From: Candidatus Sulfomarinibacteraceae bacterium
Lineage (GTDB): Bacteria > Acidobacteriota > Thermoanaerobaculia > Thermoanaerobaculales > Sulfomarinibacteraceae
Length of the DNA stretch: 64,000 nt
Direction of reading: 5' to 3'
Assembly (NCBI GenBank): GCA_963796455.1
Contig: CAWCLO010000008.1
Coordinates: forward strand, 32,001-96,000
Shown: positions 10,177 through 20,366 of the stretch, piece by piece
Layout: each line of letters opens with the position of its first letter
Numbering within the stretch: the stretch's first letter is position 1
Made by a program: the position numbers and the translations under genes
The notes under the pieces: generated by a model
What the model was told of the DNA's origin: nothing
What the model saw: the letters and a program-made list of their open reading frames with translations, nothing else
Database searches by the model: none

Positions 10177-11661
10177 TCAGTTGAGGGCGCTGCCGGCAAG
10201 ACCGAGGCTGTATTTCACGTCGTCGTCGTTCCAGGTGATACCACCACCGAAGAGGATCGACGATTTTTCGGACACCAGGGGATCGTCCCAGCCCGCGGTC
10301 AGAAAGATATGGGGTGAAACAAAGTATCGCCCTTCGAACTTCAGGTGCGCCGACTCGTCAAACGGCCGGCCGAAATCATAGGCCTCGAGAACGAAGACCA
10401 GAGGTCTCTTGCCGAGCTTGATGGCATGGTCGATCCCGATCCCCCCGGTCGATTCGATGAGACCCGCGCGGACGATGGTCTCGGGGAAGATCTGATAACC
10501 GACCTGAGCGTTGACCCCCATCGCATCGGAGGTTCTGATGCGTTCCTGGAGGTAAGTTTCCTGGGTCCCATCGTCGAAGGTCAAAGTCACCCACTGGGCA
10601 TCGGTTCGGACCTTGCCGTATGGCATGTCGACACCCTCAATACGGAAAAACCTCTTGTTGGTCGTCCACAGATCGAAGCCGAATTCCATTCGGCTTTCGC
10701 TGGTCGAGGCAAGGGACACCGCCCGCAGACCGATCTCCAGGCGGTAATTCTTGTAGCGACCGATGGATTCGTTGAGCGTGCCGATGCCGCCTTCGATCGA
10801 GTCGAGGGTTTCGTTGAGGTTGTTGACGGTGGTCTCGTCGTTGACCAGCTTGCCGATCGATCCTTCACCGGAAGCGATCTTGTTGGTAATCGCGTTGAGG
10901 TTTTCGGCCGAGACCTGCAGGTTTTCCGACAGTTCCCGGATATTGCCGATCGAGGCCTGGAGATCCTGGCGATTCTCAACCACCACCTCGTTGAGTTCGT
11001 CCGTCAGTCGGTTCATGTTGTCGGCGATTCGCGGCAACTCATCGCGCAGGGTGGCGGAAAAGTCCCGGAAATTGGCCGTCGTTTGATTGACGTTGGCCTG
11101 ATTCTCGGCGATCAGCACCGTGAGCGATGCCGTGAGCTCACGGATGTTGGCGACGATCTCGGCGAGCGCCTCTTCGCCCTGGGTCCCGCCGATGGAGCCG
11201 CGGAGGGCCTCGGTCACCTCCTTGACGTCAGCGCCGATCTCGGTTGCGACCCGCATGACGTCATCGAATGAAGGCGCGGTGGCCCCCCCGAGTTCTGAGC
11301 CGTTCGGCAGGAGCGGTAGCGTCGGATCGCCGGGCAGGATCTCAATGTACTTGTCGCCGAGCATCCCGAGGCTGGTCACCTGGGCGGTGGCCCCCTGGTG
11401 GAGGCGGACCGAGGAATCGAGGGACAAGGTCAGAAGCGCCTCGGAACCATCGAGGCCGATCGATTCCACCTTGCCGATCCGAACGCCGGCAACCCGGACC
11501 GCCGCCTTGCGGTCGAGCCCGGCCGCCGATGCGAAACGGGCGGTCACGATCATGCGATCGCCGCGGTCGCCAACCGGGATGTCCTCGATCTTGATGATAA
11601 AAATACCGAGAATGATCATCCCCATGAGCATGAAGACGCCGATTCGTGCGGCCGGGGTCAT
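10177..11661 (-). CDS. mlaD: MCE/MlaD protein, elongated (TM-MCE-coiled coil-beta-rich C-terminus)
   Basis: AAGLDRKAAVRVAGVRIGKV and LGDKYIEILPG MCE motifs; in operon with mlaE and mlaF. Confidence 0.9.
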   Translation of the reverse strand: MTPAARIGVFMLMGMIILGIFIIKIEDIPVGDRGDRMIVTARFASAAGLDRKAAVRVAGVRIGKVESIGLDGSEALLTLSLDSSVRLHQGATAQVTSLGMLGDKYIEILPGDPTLPLLPNGSELGGATAPSFDDVMRVATEIGADVKEVTEALRGSIGGTQGEEALAEIVANIRELTASLTVLIAENQANVNQTTANFRDFSATLRDELPRIADNMNRLTDELNEVVVENRQDLQASIGNIRELSENLQVSAENLNAITNKIASGEGSIGKLVNDETTVNNLNETLDSIEGGIGTLNESIGRYKNYRLEIGLRAVSLASTSESRMEFGFDLWTTNKRFFRIEGVDMPYGKVRTDAQWVTLTFDDGTQETYLQERIRTSDAMGVNAQVGYQIFPETIVRAGLIESTGGIGIDHAIKLGKRPLVFVLEAYDFGRPFDESAHLKFEGRYFVSPHIFLTAGWDDPLVSEKSSILFGGGITWNDDDVKYSLGLAGSALN

Positions 11662-12449
11662 GGCTGATCCTCCAGTTCTTCGGGCAGCTCGCCTTCGAGA
11701 AAACCGCGAATGAAGCGTTCATTCGATTGGGCAAATTGATCCGGGGTGTCGACGGCGAGGATCTGACCGCGGCGCATCATGGCGATGCGGTCACCGATAC
11801 GGTCGGCGAGACTCATGTCGTGAGTGATGGTCACCACCGTCACACGGAGCTCTTCGCGGAGTTGATTGATGACACGGCCGATTGCTGCGGTGTTGATCGG
11901 GTCGAGCCCGGTGGTCGGCTCATCAAATAGAAGGATTTCGGGCTCCAATGCGATGGCACGGGCGAAGCCTACCCGGCGCCGCATGCCTCCCGACAACGAG
12001 GCCGGCAATTTGTCTTCGATTCCCTTGAGGCGAACCAGTTCGAGGCACTCGCGCACCCTGCGCGCGACCTCTGCCGGCGATTTCGTCGTGTGGCGCCGGA
12101 TCGGAAACGCGATATTGTCGAAGACCGTCATCGAATCGAAAAGGGCGCCCTCCTGAAAACTCATCCCGAATTTTTTTCGTAGATTCAGCACGATCTCGGA
12201 GGAGGCGATGGTGAGATCGACCCCGTCGACAACGACGTGGCCTTCGTCGGGTTGCAGGAGCCCGATGATATGTTTGATCAAGACCGATTTGCCGGCTCCG
12301 GAGCCGCCCACGATGACCATCGACTCGCCGCGGCTGATTTCGAGGTTGACGCCCGAAAGGACCTTTTTTTCGCCAAAGCTCTTGTACAGACCGATCACGC
12401 TGATCATCGGGTCCGCGATGAGCTGGGGAGCGGCGTTGGCGGAATTCAT
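11658..12449 (-). CDS. mlaF: Mla/Ttg2 ABC transporter ATPase
   Basis: GGSGAGKS, LSGGMRRRV, LFDEPTTGLDP; ATG at 12449 overlaps the mlaE stop (TGATG). Confidence 0.92.
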   Translation of the reverse strand: MNSANAAPQLIADPMISVIGLYKSFGEKKVLSGVNLEISRGESMVIVGGSGAGKSVLIKHIIGLLQPDEGHVVVDGVDLTIASSEIVLNLRKKFGMSFQEGALFDSMTVFDNIAFPIRRHTTKSPAEVARRVRECLELVRLKGIEDKLPASLSGGMRRRVGFARAIALEPEILLFDEPTTGLDPINTAAIGRVINQLREELRVTVVTITHDMSLADRIGDRIAMMRRGQILAVDTPDQFAQSNERFIRGFLEGELPEELEDQP

Positions 12450-13216
12450 CAGAAGAGGACCTTTGTCAGAAAAAAGTCGGACAACAGGATGTACAGGCTC
12501 GCCGTGACAACCGCCGAGGTGGTGGATCGTCCGACACCCTCCGCACCACCGGCGGTATAAAAGCCCTTGGTACATCCAGTGACGGAGAGGATGAGTCCGA
12601 AGAACGCGGCCTTGATGAGCCCTGAGGTCACGTCGTCGACCTCGAGGAATTGGAAGGTGCGCTCCATATAAAGATAAGAATTGGCGCCGAAGAGACCCAC
12701 AGAAACCAACCACCCGCCGATAATTCCGACGGCTCCGCCCATCACCGTAAGGACCGGCAACATCAGGACCGAGGCGTTGACACGAGGAACCACCAGAAAG
12801 TGGATCGGATCGGTTGCCATAGCGTAAAGCGCATCGATCTGTTCGGTGACGCGCATGGTGCCAAGCTCGGCGGCCATGGCCGACCCGGCGCGGCCGGCCA
12901 CCATCAGACCGGTCAGTACCGGTGCCAGTTCCCGGGTCAGCGACAATGCCACGACCGAGCCGACAAATCCTTCGGCGTGAAAACGCTCGAAACCGCGGAA
13001 GGTCTGCAGCGCGAGCACCATCCCGGTGAAAAAACAGGTGAGAAAGACCACCGGGATCGAATCCCACCCGACCCGTACCATTTGACGCAACAACTCGGTG
13101 CTGTCGAACGGCCGGCGGAAGGTCCAGAGGACAGACTGGGACATGATGTAGAAAAAACGGCCGAGCTCTTCGAAGGCGCCAAGCACGGCGTTGCCCAGGC
13201 TATCGAACCACCCCAT
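12449..13216 (-). CDS. mlaE: MlaE family ABC permease
   Basis: RELAPVLTGLMVAGRAGSAMAAELGTMRVTEQIDAL signature. Confidence 0.95.
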   Translation of the reverse strand: MGWFDSLGNAVLGAFEELGRFFYIMSQSVLWTFRRPFDSTELLRQMVRVGWDSIPVVFLTCFFTGMVLALQTFRGFERFHAEGFVGSVVALSLTRELAPVLTGLMVAGRAGSAMAAELGTMRVTEQIDALYAMATDPIHFLVVPRVNASVLMLPVLTVMGGAVGIIGGWLVSVGLFGANSYLYMERTFQFLEVDDVTSGLIKAAFFGLILSVTGCTKGFYTAGGAEGVGRSTTSAVVTASLYILLSDFFLTKVLF

Positions 13217-13242
13217 AACGCCCGCGGTGCGAGCGGTCCCCT

Positions 13243-14631
13243 CTACCACGGTGCGTCGCCATCCTGGTGGCTGAAATCAGCATTTTCGAAGCGCGTGAAC
13301 TCGTGCTGAAAGACCAGATCGATTTCGCCGATCGGGCCGTTGCGCTGCTTGGCGATCATCAGTTCCGCACGGCGCGGATCTTCGGCTTCCCGGTCATAAA
13401 CGGAGGGTCGGACGATGAACATGACCACATCGGCGTCCTGCTCGATGGATCCGCTCTCGCGGAGATCGGAGAGCTGCGGACGATGGTCGCCGCCGCGGCG
13501 TTCCGGTTGGCGGGACAGCTGCGACAACACGAGCATCGGCACATCGAGTTCTTTTGCGACCGCTTTCAAACTCCGTGAAATTGCGGAGACCTCTTCGTTG
13601 CGGCTCGAGAATCGCGCCCCGCCGGACATCAACTGCATGTAGTCGACCATGATCAGGTCGAGGCCCTGCTCCTGTTTGAGACGGCGGGACTTGGCCGAAA
13701 GCTCGAGCGCCGTGATGCCCGGTGTGTCGTCGATCCAGAGGTGGACCTCGCGAAGGGCCTGCGCCGCCATCTCGAGCTTGGGCCAATCGGACTTGGCAAG
13801 ATAGCCCCCCGAAATTCGTTTCTGGTCGACCCGGGCCTCGGCCGAAAGAAGACGCCGTACCAGTTGTTCGGCGGCCATTTCGAGGGAAAAAACGGCGACT
13901 TTCTTGCCGCCCCGCAGTGCCGCGTGGGCGCAGATATTGATTCCCAGGGAGGTCTTGCCCATCGACGGCCGAGCGGCCAGGATGACCAGATCCTTGCGTT
14001 GGAGACCGGATGTCAGTTCATTCAGACGGATAAAGCCGGTATCGAGTCCGGTCAAAGTGGATCGCGTCTCGCGGGCAGCCTCGATGTTCTCGAGTTCTGA
14101 GTCGGTGAGCTTTTTGATCGGCACCAGACCGCCCGCAAGGGTGTCCTCGGCGATCTGATAGACGTCTTTCTGGGCCGATTCAACGGCCTCCCGGGCCTCG
14201 CCGTGATCGAGCGAACAGGTCGAGAGGATCTTCTGAGCAGCACTCATCAGACGACGTTTGACGGACTTGTCGTGAACGATCTCCGCGTAGTGGATGACAT
14301 TTGCGACATCGGGCAGCGCATCCACCAGGGAAGAGAGATACGAGGCACCGCCGACCTGCTCCAGACGACCCTGCTCGGAGAGGTGGTTGCGAACGGTGAC
14401 CAGATCGGCCGCATCGGCCTTTTCGTGCAGCTCCAGGCATGTCTGGTAGATCAATCGGTGGCTTTCGAGATAAAACTCGTCCTGGCGGAGTTTCTCGATG
14501 ATGTGGAGCATGGCTCCCGGATCGAGGAGCACGGCGCCGAGAACGGCGCGTTCGGCTTCCGGGTCGTGCGGCATCCGATCGGCGGTGGAGCCGGGGCCAC
14601 TGATGACATTGCCTGGGCTTCTGCTGCTCAT
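13243..14631 (-). CDS. dnaB: Replicative DNA helicase
   Basis: AARPSMGKT, DYMQLM, LSDLRESGSIEQDADVV, AKQRNGP; no intein. Confidence 0.98.
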   Translation of the reverse strand: MSSRSPGNVISGPGSTADRMPHDPEAERAVLGAVLLDPGAMLHIIEKLRQDEFYLESHRLIYQTCLELHEKADAADLVTVRNHLSEQGRLEQVGGASYLSSLVDALPDVANVIHYAEIVHDKSVKRRLMSAAQKILSTCSLDHGEAREAVESAQKDVYQIAEDTLAGGLVPIKKLTDSELENIEAARETRSTLTGLDTGFIRLNELTSGLQRKDLVILAARPSMGKTSLGINICAHAALRGGKKVAVFSLEMAAEQLVRRLLSAEARVDQKRISGGYLAKSDWPKLEMAAQALREVHLWIDDTPGITALELSAKSRRLKQEQGLDLIMVDYMQLMSGGARFSSRNEEVSAISRSLKAVAKELDVPMLVLSQLSRQPERRGGDHRPQLSDLRESGSIEQDADVVMFIVRPSVYDREAEDPRRAELMIAKQRNGPIGEIDLVFQHEFTRFENADFSHQDGDAPW

Positions 14632-14895
14632 GGGTCTCTCATCCTACCTCAAAACGGCTTCAGAATCTCGCAATCTACCGAGACCGTTTCTGACCAAATA
14701 CCAAGGGGCGGAGGGCAGGGGGGCGGAGGGGAAAGGGGGAAGGGGAGAAAAGGGGAAAGGGAGACCGTCCAGTCTCTCGATACTCGATGCTGGATTCCGA
14801 ACCAGGACGGCGGAGGCGCATGGGGGCGGAGCGGCAGAAGAGAAATGGGGAAACGGAGAAAGGGTGGAACCACCCGCCACCGACTACCCACTCAT

Positions 14896-15062
14896 GCGAG
14901 TGTCGCCTCCCGATGTCATCCTGAGCGGAGCCCGCCCTGGGGCGTAGTCGAAGGATCTATGAGACGGACCGCAAAAACCTCGAACCGCAGATCCTTCGAC
15001 TTCGCGCCGAAGGCGCTTCGCTCAGGATGACATATTGAACGACAGTTCCGATCCCGATCCCG
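14896..15062 (+). repeat. TGTC/CGTC-type palindromic REP-like element, copy A
   Basis: ATGTCATCCTGAGCG...GAAGGATCT / AGATCCTTC...CGCTCAGGATGACAT (14913-15033); near-identical inverted copy at 20367-20533. Confidence 0.85.
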
Positions 15063-15139
15063 TTCAGGAGAAGGGAAGAAGGGGAGTGCGGGAGGCCGAG
15101 GTTGATTGAAGGGTCGGAATCCAGTATTCGTGTTTCCGC

Positions 15140-16216
15140 TCACCCTTCTTTTTGCAGCTCCCGGAAAACCTCGATCACCTCGTCGGTATCAACCCTTTGA
15201 TCGAGGATCACGCCATCGTCGGTGGGGAGGACCCACCGAACTCCATGGTCGTCCTTCTTTTTGTCGTATCCGATGAGGGCGCGAATCGAATCGGCGTCGA
15301 TAGCCGAGATCTCGGGCAGGTCGCCGAGCGTATCGATGGCGGCCGACAGGCGTGCTTCTGCCGCGACGCTCAAAACCGAGTGGCGGCGGCCGAGGCGGGC
15401 GGCCGCCTTGAGGCCCCACGCCACCGCTTCTCCGTGCAGAAGGTGGTGATACCCGGTGGCCGCCTCGAGAGCGTGAGCCAGGGTGTGGCCGAGATTCAGG
15501 GCCGCGCGCTGGCCCCCCTCCCTCTCGTCCGCGCTCACGACTCGAGCTTTGACCGCCAGACAGCGCATCACGAGGTCTTGCCATGTTTCGGGGGGCAGCG
15601 ATTCATAGCCGGCCAACCCTCGGTCTTCGAATATGTCGAGAAGTTGGTGGTCGCCGATCCAGGCCGTCTTCACCATTTCGGCGGCACCAGCCCGGAGCTC
15701 GCGGGGGGGAAGCGTGGACAGCGTGGCGACATCGATGACCACAAGACGCGGCGGCCAGAAGGCGCCGACCAGGTTCTTTCCCTGGTCCAGGTTGACACCG
15801 GTCTTGCCACCAACCGCGGCGTCCACCATTGCCAACAAGGTGGTGGGAACAGCCGTCCATTCGATACCCCGTAGAAAGACCGCGGCGGCAAAGCCGACAG
15901 TGTCGGTGAGCACGCCACCGCCAAGGGCGATGACCGAATCACCACGATGAACACCCTTCGAGAGCCAAAGACCGAGGAGCTCCTCGATGGCGCTCCACCG
16001 CTTGTGCTCCTCGCCGTCCATGAGTTCGATCAAGGGCACGCCGACATCGAGTGACGCGGCCTTTGCCCACAGAGGGCCGACAGTTGTGTTGCTCACCAAC
16101 GAACAGGGTCGGGTGGGAAAAACACCATCCAGAAATTCACCAAGGCGTTTCAGCGCACCGAATTCGGCAAGGATTTCGTATGGGCCGCGTTCGCTCTCGA
16201 CGCTCAGTCTTTGCAT
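15140..16216 (-). CDS. aroB: 3-dehydroquinate synthase
   Basis: ALGGGVLTD, PTTLLAMVDAAVGGKTG, LNLGHT, LLHGEAV. Confidence 0.95.
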   Translation of the reverse strand: MQRLSVESERGPYEILAEFGALKRLGEFLDGVFPTRPCSLVSNTTVGPLWAKAASLDVGVPLIELMDGEEHKRWSAIEELLGLWLSKGVHRGDSVIALGGGVLTDTVGFAAAVFLRGIEWTAVPTTLLAMVDAAVGGKTGVNLDQGKNLVGAFWPPRLVVIDVATLSTLPPRELRAGAAEMVKTAWIGDHQLLDIFEDRGLAGYESLPPETWQDLVMRCLAVKARVVSADEREGGQRAALNLGHTLAHALEAATGYHHLLHGEAVAWGLKAAARLGRRHSVLSVAAEARLSAAIDTLGDLPEISAIDADSIRALIGYDKKKDDHGVRWVLPTDDGVILDQRVDTDEVIEVFRELQKEG

Positions 16217-16260
16217 CGGTCTATCCTACCCCGGAACAATGGAGTGCCCGATACTCTCGT

Positions 16261-16320
16261 CGCTATCGCTATCGCTATCGCTATCGCTATCGCTATCGCT
16301 ATCGCTATCGCTATCGCTAT
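16261..16320. repeat. Hexamer microsatellite (CGCTAT)10
   Basis: Perfect 60-bp array between the nucleotidase stop and the aroB start. Confidence 0.98.
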
Positions 16321-16350
16321 CGAGAGCAACCCAGGATTCCCGCAGAGCCC

Positions 16351-18057
16351 TCAGTTTCCCGGGCTCATTCCCGCGACGGTGTCCGACACCGGCAGTTCCA
16401 ACTCGGCGGCCATGTCGCGGCCGATCCTCCAGTTGCCGTCCACCGCCGGTTCCCAGGGTCGGTGTGCTTCGAGGTACTCGGCGATGAGATCGGCCATCTC
16501 ATCCGATGAGCGCCACACGACTTCGGCCTCATCGAGATGGGGAAAGAGCCCTCCGCCCGCGCTGCGATAGGAGTTGCAGGCGACGACAAACTCCTGCTCG
16601 GGATCGATCGCCAGCCCCTCAAATCGAAGATCACGGATCCGCGATCCCTCCGGTTGCGAGGGGTCGATGCGATAAGAGACGCCGGCCATGTTGTCCACGT
16701 TGTAGTGGGGGATGGCAGGGTCTGTGAGGATCGTGCAGCCGCCCTCGGGGGGGCAGCGAATACCGTCGTAGAAGCGGGCCGTGTGCTCGAGTACATCGTG
16801 GATCTTTGCGCCGGTCAGCTTCACCGCCACCAGGGTGTTGGGATAAACATAAAATGCCTGGATCCAACGCCAGCTGACGGGCCCCGCCGCCAGCTCGGGA
16901 ACCCTGGTACTGAGCAACGCGGCCAGCGAAAGCTCCGCGCCCGTCGCATCCATTTGGACCTCGTGCAGAAGGTCGATGGCGGCGCAGTCTTCGAGACGGC
17001 AGCGATCGACCGAAACCGGACTCGTGACTTCGCCTGTTGGACCGTCGAGGGTCGTGGCGAGGCGTTGGTGGGTGAGGGTGAATTGGCGCGTCATCTCCTG
17101 GTCCGGCTCGGCTTCGCTGGAGGCCAGGTTTTCGCCGGTCCATTCCTGGATCTCCCATCCCTCGTCGCCCTTCACGAGCTTCATATCGATCCGTGTCACG
17201 AATTGGGCTCGTGCTCGCGGTTGCGACACGATGGTTCCGTTGAGGTCTCGTGGCGGGATATTGCGGTGGGCGTGACCGGTCAGGAGAACATCGACTCCGG
17301 GCATTTCGCTGAGGCGCCAGCCGAAGTCCTCGTGTTGGGTACCGGTCGCTTCCCCGGTCTCGAGGTCACGTTCGAATCCGGTGTGGGCGATCACGATGAC
17401 GAGGTCGCACTTCTCTCTGTTGCGCAGGATCGGCACCCAGTGCCGGGCAGCCACATCCATCGGCTGAAATTCGAGACCGGCGTAGTTCTCTGCCTTTTCC
17501 CAACCCGGAACGTTCGATGTGGTCAGACCGAGCACGCCAATCCTCAGGGGGCCTTCCTCGAAGACCACGTAGGGGCGAAAAGCAGGTTGACCGGTTGCCC
17601 TCGTGATCGTATTGGCCGAGAGGAAGGGAAAATCAGCCAGATCCCGGGCGCGTTCGAGCACTTCGAGACCATAGTTGAATTCGTGGTTGCCGACCGCCAT
17701 CGCCTGGTAGCCGATGCGATTCATGGCGCTGATGGTCGGGCTCGGCTCTCCCCAACGCACGTGGGCGAACTGTTCGAGCGGCGAACCCTGAATAGTGTCC
17801 CCGGAATCGAGAAGCACCACCGGATGGTCGGTTGCGCCCCGGATCTCCTTGACGATGGTGGCCACCTGGGCAAGGGATCCGCGGGTAGACGGCTGGTTGG
17901 CGTAGTCGTCAAAGGGCATGACCGAACCGTGCAGATCCGAGGTGTGGAGCACGGTGAGGTTGGCGGTGGCGGGTTCTTCGGCCCCGATCGCCGAAGGGAT
18001 GAGGATCAGGGCGACAACCACGACTCCGGGCACAAGCGAAATTCTGGGGTGTTTCAT
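16351..18057 (-). CDS. Secreted bifunctional 2',3'-cyclic-nucleotide phosphodiesterase / 5'-nucleotidase family protein
   Basis: Signal peptide; LHTSDLHG, LDSGDTIQG, GNHEFNYG, GHAH metallophosphoesterase motifs; C-terminal NSYR..GG. Confidence 0.9.
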   Translation of the reverse strand: MKHPRISLVPGVVVVALILIPSAIGAEEPATANLTVLHTSDLHGSVMPFDDYANQPSTRGSLAQVATIVKEIRGATDHPVVLLDSGDTIQGSPLEQFAHVRWGEPSPTISAMNRIGYQAMAVGNHEFNYGLEVLERARDLADFPFLSANTITRATGQPAFRPYVVFEEGPLRIGVLGLTTSNVPGWEKAENYAGLEFQPMDVAARHWVPILRNREKCDLVIVIAHTGFERDLETGEATGTQHEDFGWRLSEMPGVDVLLTGHAHRNIPPRDLNGTIVSQPRARAQFVTRIDMKLVKGDEGWEIQEWTGENLASSEAEPDQEMTRQFTLTHQRLATTLDGPTGEVTSPVSVDRCRLEDCAAIDLLHEVQMDATGAELSLAALLSTRVPELAAGPVSWRWIQAFYVYPNTLVAVKLTGAKIHDVLEHTARFYDGIRCPPEGGCTILTDPAIPHYNVDNMAGVSYRIDPSQPEGSRIRDLRFEGLAIDPEQEFVVACNSYRSAGGGLFPHLDEAEVVWRSSDEMADLIAEYLEAHRPWEPAVDGNWRIGRDMAAELELPVSDTVAGMSPGN

Positions 18058-18193
18058 CAGGCGGCGATCTTATCAAGGACCAGCGACGCCTGTGCTCGAC
18101 CCGTCTTGGAATCCCGTCTCATTCCGCGTATCCTCGTTTGATGACTGCATCCGATCTTCAAGTCGACAGATACCGGTGCCTCGAGGGGGCCTT

Positions 18194-19385
18194 ATGAGAC
18201 GATTGCGTCTGCTCACCGGCGGAGAAAGCCACGGCCCCGGTCTGACCGCCATCCTCGAAGGATTGCCGGCCGGTCTCGAGGTCGATCGACAGCAGATCGA
18301 CGACTGGCTTCGTCGTCGCCAGCATGGATTCGGCCGCGGCGGCCGGCAACGTATCGAAAAGGACGAGGTCGAGGTCAGCGGCGGTCTCCGCGACGGCCGG
18401 ACTCTGGGCTCGCCGCTGGTTCTCGGGGTGCGCAACCTCGACTGGAAGAACTGGTCGGCAACCATGGATCCCTGGCAGGTGGATGCCGAGCAGGCCGCCA
18501 AGAGAGCGGTGACGCGGCCGCGTCCGGGCCATGCCGACTACTCCGGAGGTGCGGCCACCGATCAACTGGCGGACATGCGCAACGTGCTCGAGAGATCCTC
18601 CGCCCGAGAAACCGCGGCGCGGGTGGCGGCCGGCGCGGTCTGCGCCCAATTGCTGGCGCGCTACGGTGTTCGCATGCGCTCCGCGGTGCTGCGGGTCGGG
18701 CCGCACGAGGTTTCGGCCGGCCCACCCTCGTGGGAAGATCTCGCGGGTGTGCGCCACGACTCACCCCTGGTCACGCCGCGCCCGAATGACGAAGAGCAGT
18801 TGGTCGAGGCGGTTCGTCAGGCGAGGACCGATGGCGAAACCATGGGTGGTGTGGTGCGGTGCCGTCGTTCGCGGTCTGCCTCCCGGGCTCGGTTCCTATA
18901 TGCACTGGGACCGAAAACTCGATGGCCGAATCGTCCAGGCACTGGTCTCGATCCCATCGGTCAAGGCCGCATCCATTGGTGCCGGTATGGAAGTGGCGGC
19001 GGTGCACGGATCGGAGGCCCACGACGCCATCGTGCTCGATGACGGGCAGCTGAGCCGTACCACCAACCGGGCCGGCGGGCTCGAGGGTGGTGTGACCGAG
19101 GGTGTGGATCTGGTGGCGAGGGCCTTTTTCAAACCCATTTCGACCCTTCGCAAGGGGCTGCCGTCGGTTGATCTCGCAACCGGCAAACCGGGAGTCACCG
19201 AGTGGGAACGGTCGGATGTCACGGCCATCGGTGCGGCACCGGTGATCGTGGAGGCGATGCTGGCGCTGGTGCTTGGCGACGCACTGCTCGAAAAACTCGG
19301 CGGTGATGCGATCGTCGACACCGACCGCGCATGGTCGGCTCTCACCGAACGTCTCGCACCCTGGTGGCGTCCGGACAACACCTAG
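18194..19385 (+). CDS. aroC: Chorismate synthase, frameshifted near 18857 (probable sequencing indel)
   Basis: GESHG, RPGHAD, ERSSARETA in the first frame; GLGSYMHWDRKLD, NRAGGLEGG, KPISTL, ERSD in the second; one extra base in GTGGTGCGGT. Confidence 0.9.
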
Positions 19386-19399
19386 GTTCGGAGGCGATC

Positions 19400-20248
19400 G
19401 TGCGCGTCAAGCGAGCCTCCAAATACGGTTTCTGTGCGGGTGTGAGGGTCGCCGATACCACCCTTCGACGTTTTGCCTCCGGTGGGTCACGGGCTTCCAT
19501 CCTCGGTGCGCTGGTCCACAACGAGAGGGTCGTGGCTGAGATGGAGACCCTCGGAATGCAAACGGTCGACGATCTGGCAGAGGTCACCAATCCGACCGTT
19601 GTTTTTTCGGCCCACGGCGTACCACCCTCCTGCCACGACCGCGCCCGTGAAATGGGTCTGGAGGTGCTCGATACCACCTGTGCCTTTGTCAAAGACATTC
19701 ACGATGAAATCGAGGACGCGCTCGCCGGTGGCTTCCATCTCGTGGTGATCGGAGAGCCGGAGCACCGCGAGGTTGTCGGTTACACCGGCGATCTCGATGC
19801 AGCCGATTTTCACGTGATCACTGATCTCGATGATGTGGAGGCGGTGGGTTGGGGAGGGTTTACGAAGATCAAGGTAATTTTTCAAACGACGCTCAATGCC
19901 GGTGACTTCGAGCCGGTGGTGCGCGCGATCGAACAAAGCAATCCGAGAACTTTTCGCGCCGACACCATCTGTTATGCCACCAGGGAGAATCAGGACGCAG
20001 CCCAAGAGCTTGGCGATGATCCCACCGTGGATGTGATCGTCGTCGTTGGGGGTCGGAATTCTGCCAACACCGAGCATCTGTGGGAGATCTGCAAGCGCCG
20101 AAAACCGTCGTACTGGATTCAGGGTGTCGAAGACATTCGTGAGGAGTGGTTCGAGGAAATGTCCTGCGTCGGCCTCACCGCCGGTGCCTCTACCCCGGAC
20201 AGCATCATCGACGAAGTCGAGAAGTTCCTTCTGACATTGGCGAGTTGA
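19400..20248 (+). CDS. ispH: 4-hydroxy-3-methylbut-2-enyl diphosphate reductase
   Basis: GFCAGV, LVHN, SAHG, DTTC, DTICYAT, SANT, TAGASTP. Confidence 0.95.
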   Translation: MRVKRASKYGFCAGVRVADTTLRRFASGGSRASILGALVHNERVVAEMETLGMQTVDDLAEVTNPTVVFSAHGVPPSCHDRAREMGLEVLDTTCAFVKDIHDEIEDALAGGFHLVVIGEPEHREVVGYTGDLDAADFHVITDLDDVEAVGWGGFTKIKVIFQTTLNAGDFEPVVRAIEQSNPRTFRADTICYATRENQDAAQELGDDPTVDVIVVVGGRNSANTEHLWEICKRRKPSYWIQGVEDIREEWFEEMSCVGLTAGASTPDSIIDEVEKFLLTLAS

Positions 20249-20366
20249 GGTATCGGCTCGAGCAGAGGAGCAGAGGAGCAGAGGAGCAGAGGAGACCCTG
20301 CCCCTTTTCACCAACGACGTTTCCGGTACGGTCTCTCCCTTTCTCCCTTTCTCCCTTCCTCCCTTT

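Noticed and set aside
8888..10381. Long antisense ORFs (also 790-1923, 16537-18141, 53885-55015)
   Set aside because: Shadow ORFs typical of GC-rich coding DNA, opposite well-supported genes.
16051..16570. Poly-RY, poly-AI and poly-SL ORFs
   Set aside because: Translations of the (CGCTAT)10 array overlapping real genes.
18840..18870. Programmed frameshift in aroC
   Set aside because: No slippery sequence or stimulator; similar indels occur in unrelated genes, so an error is more parsimonious.
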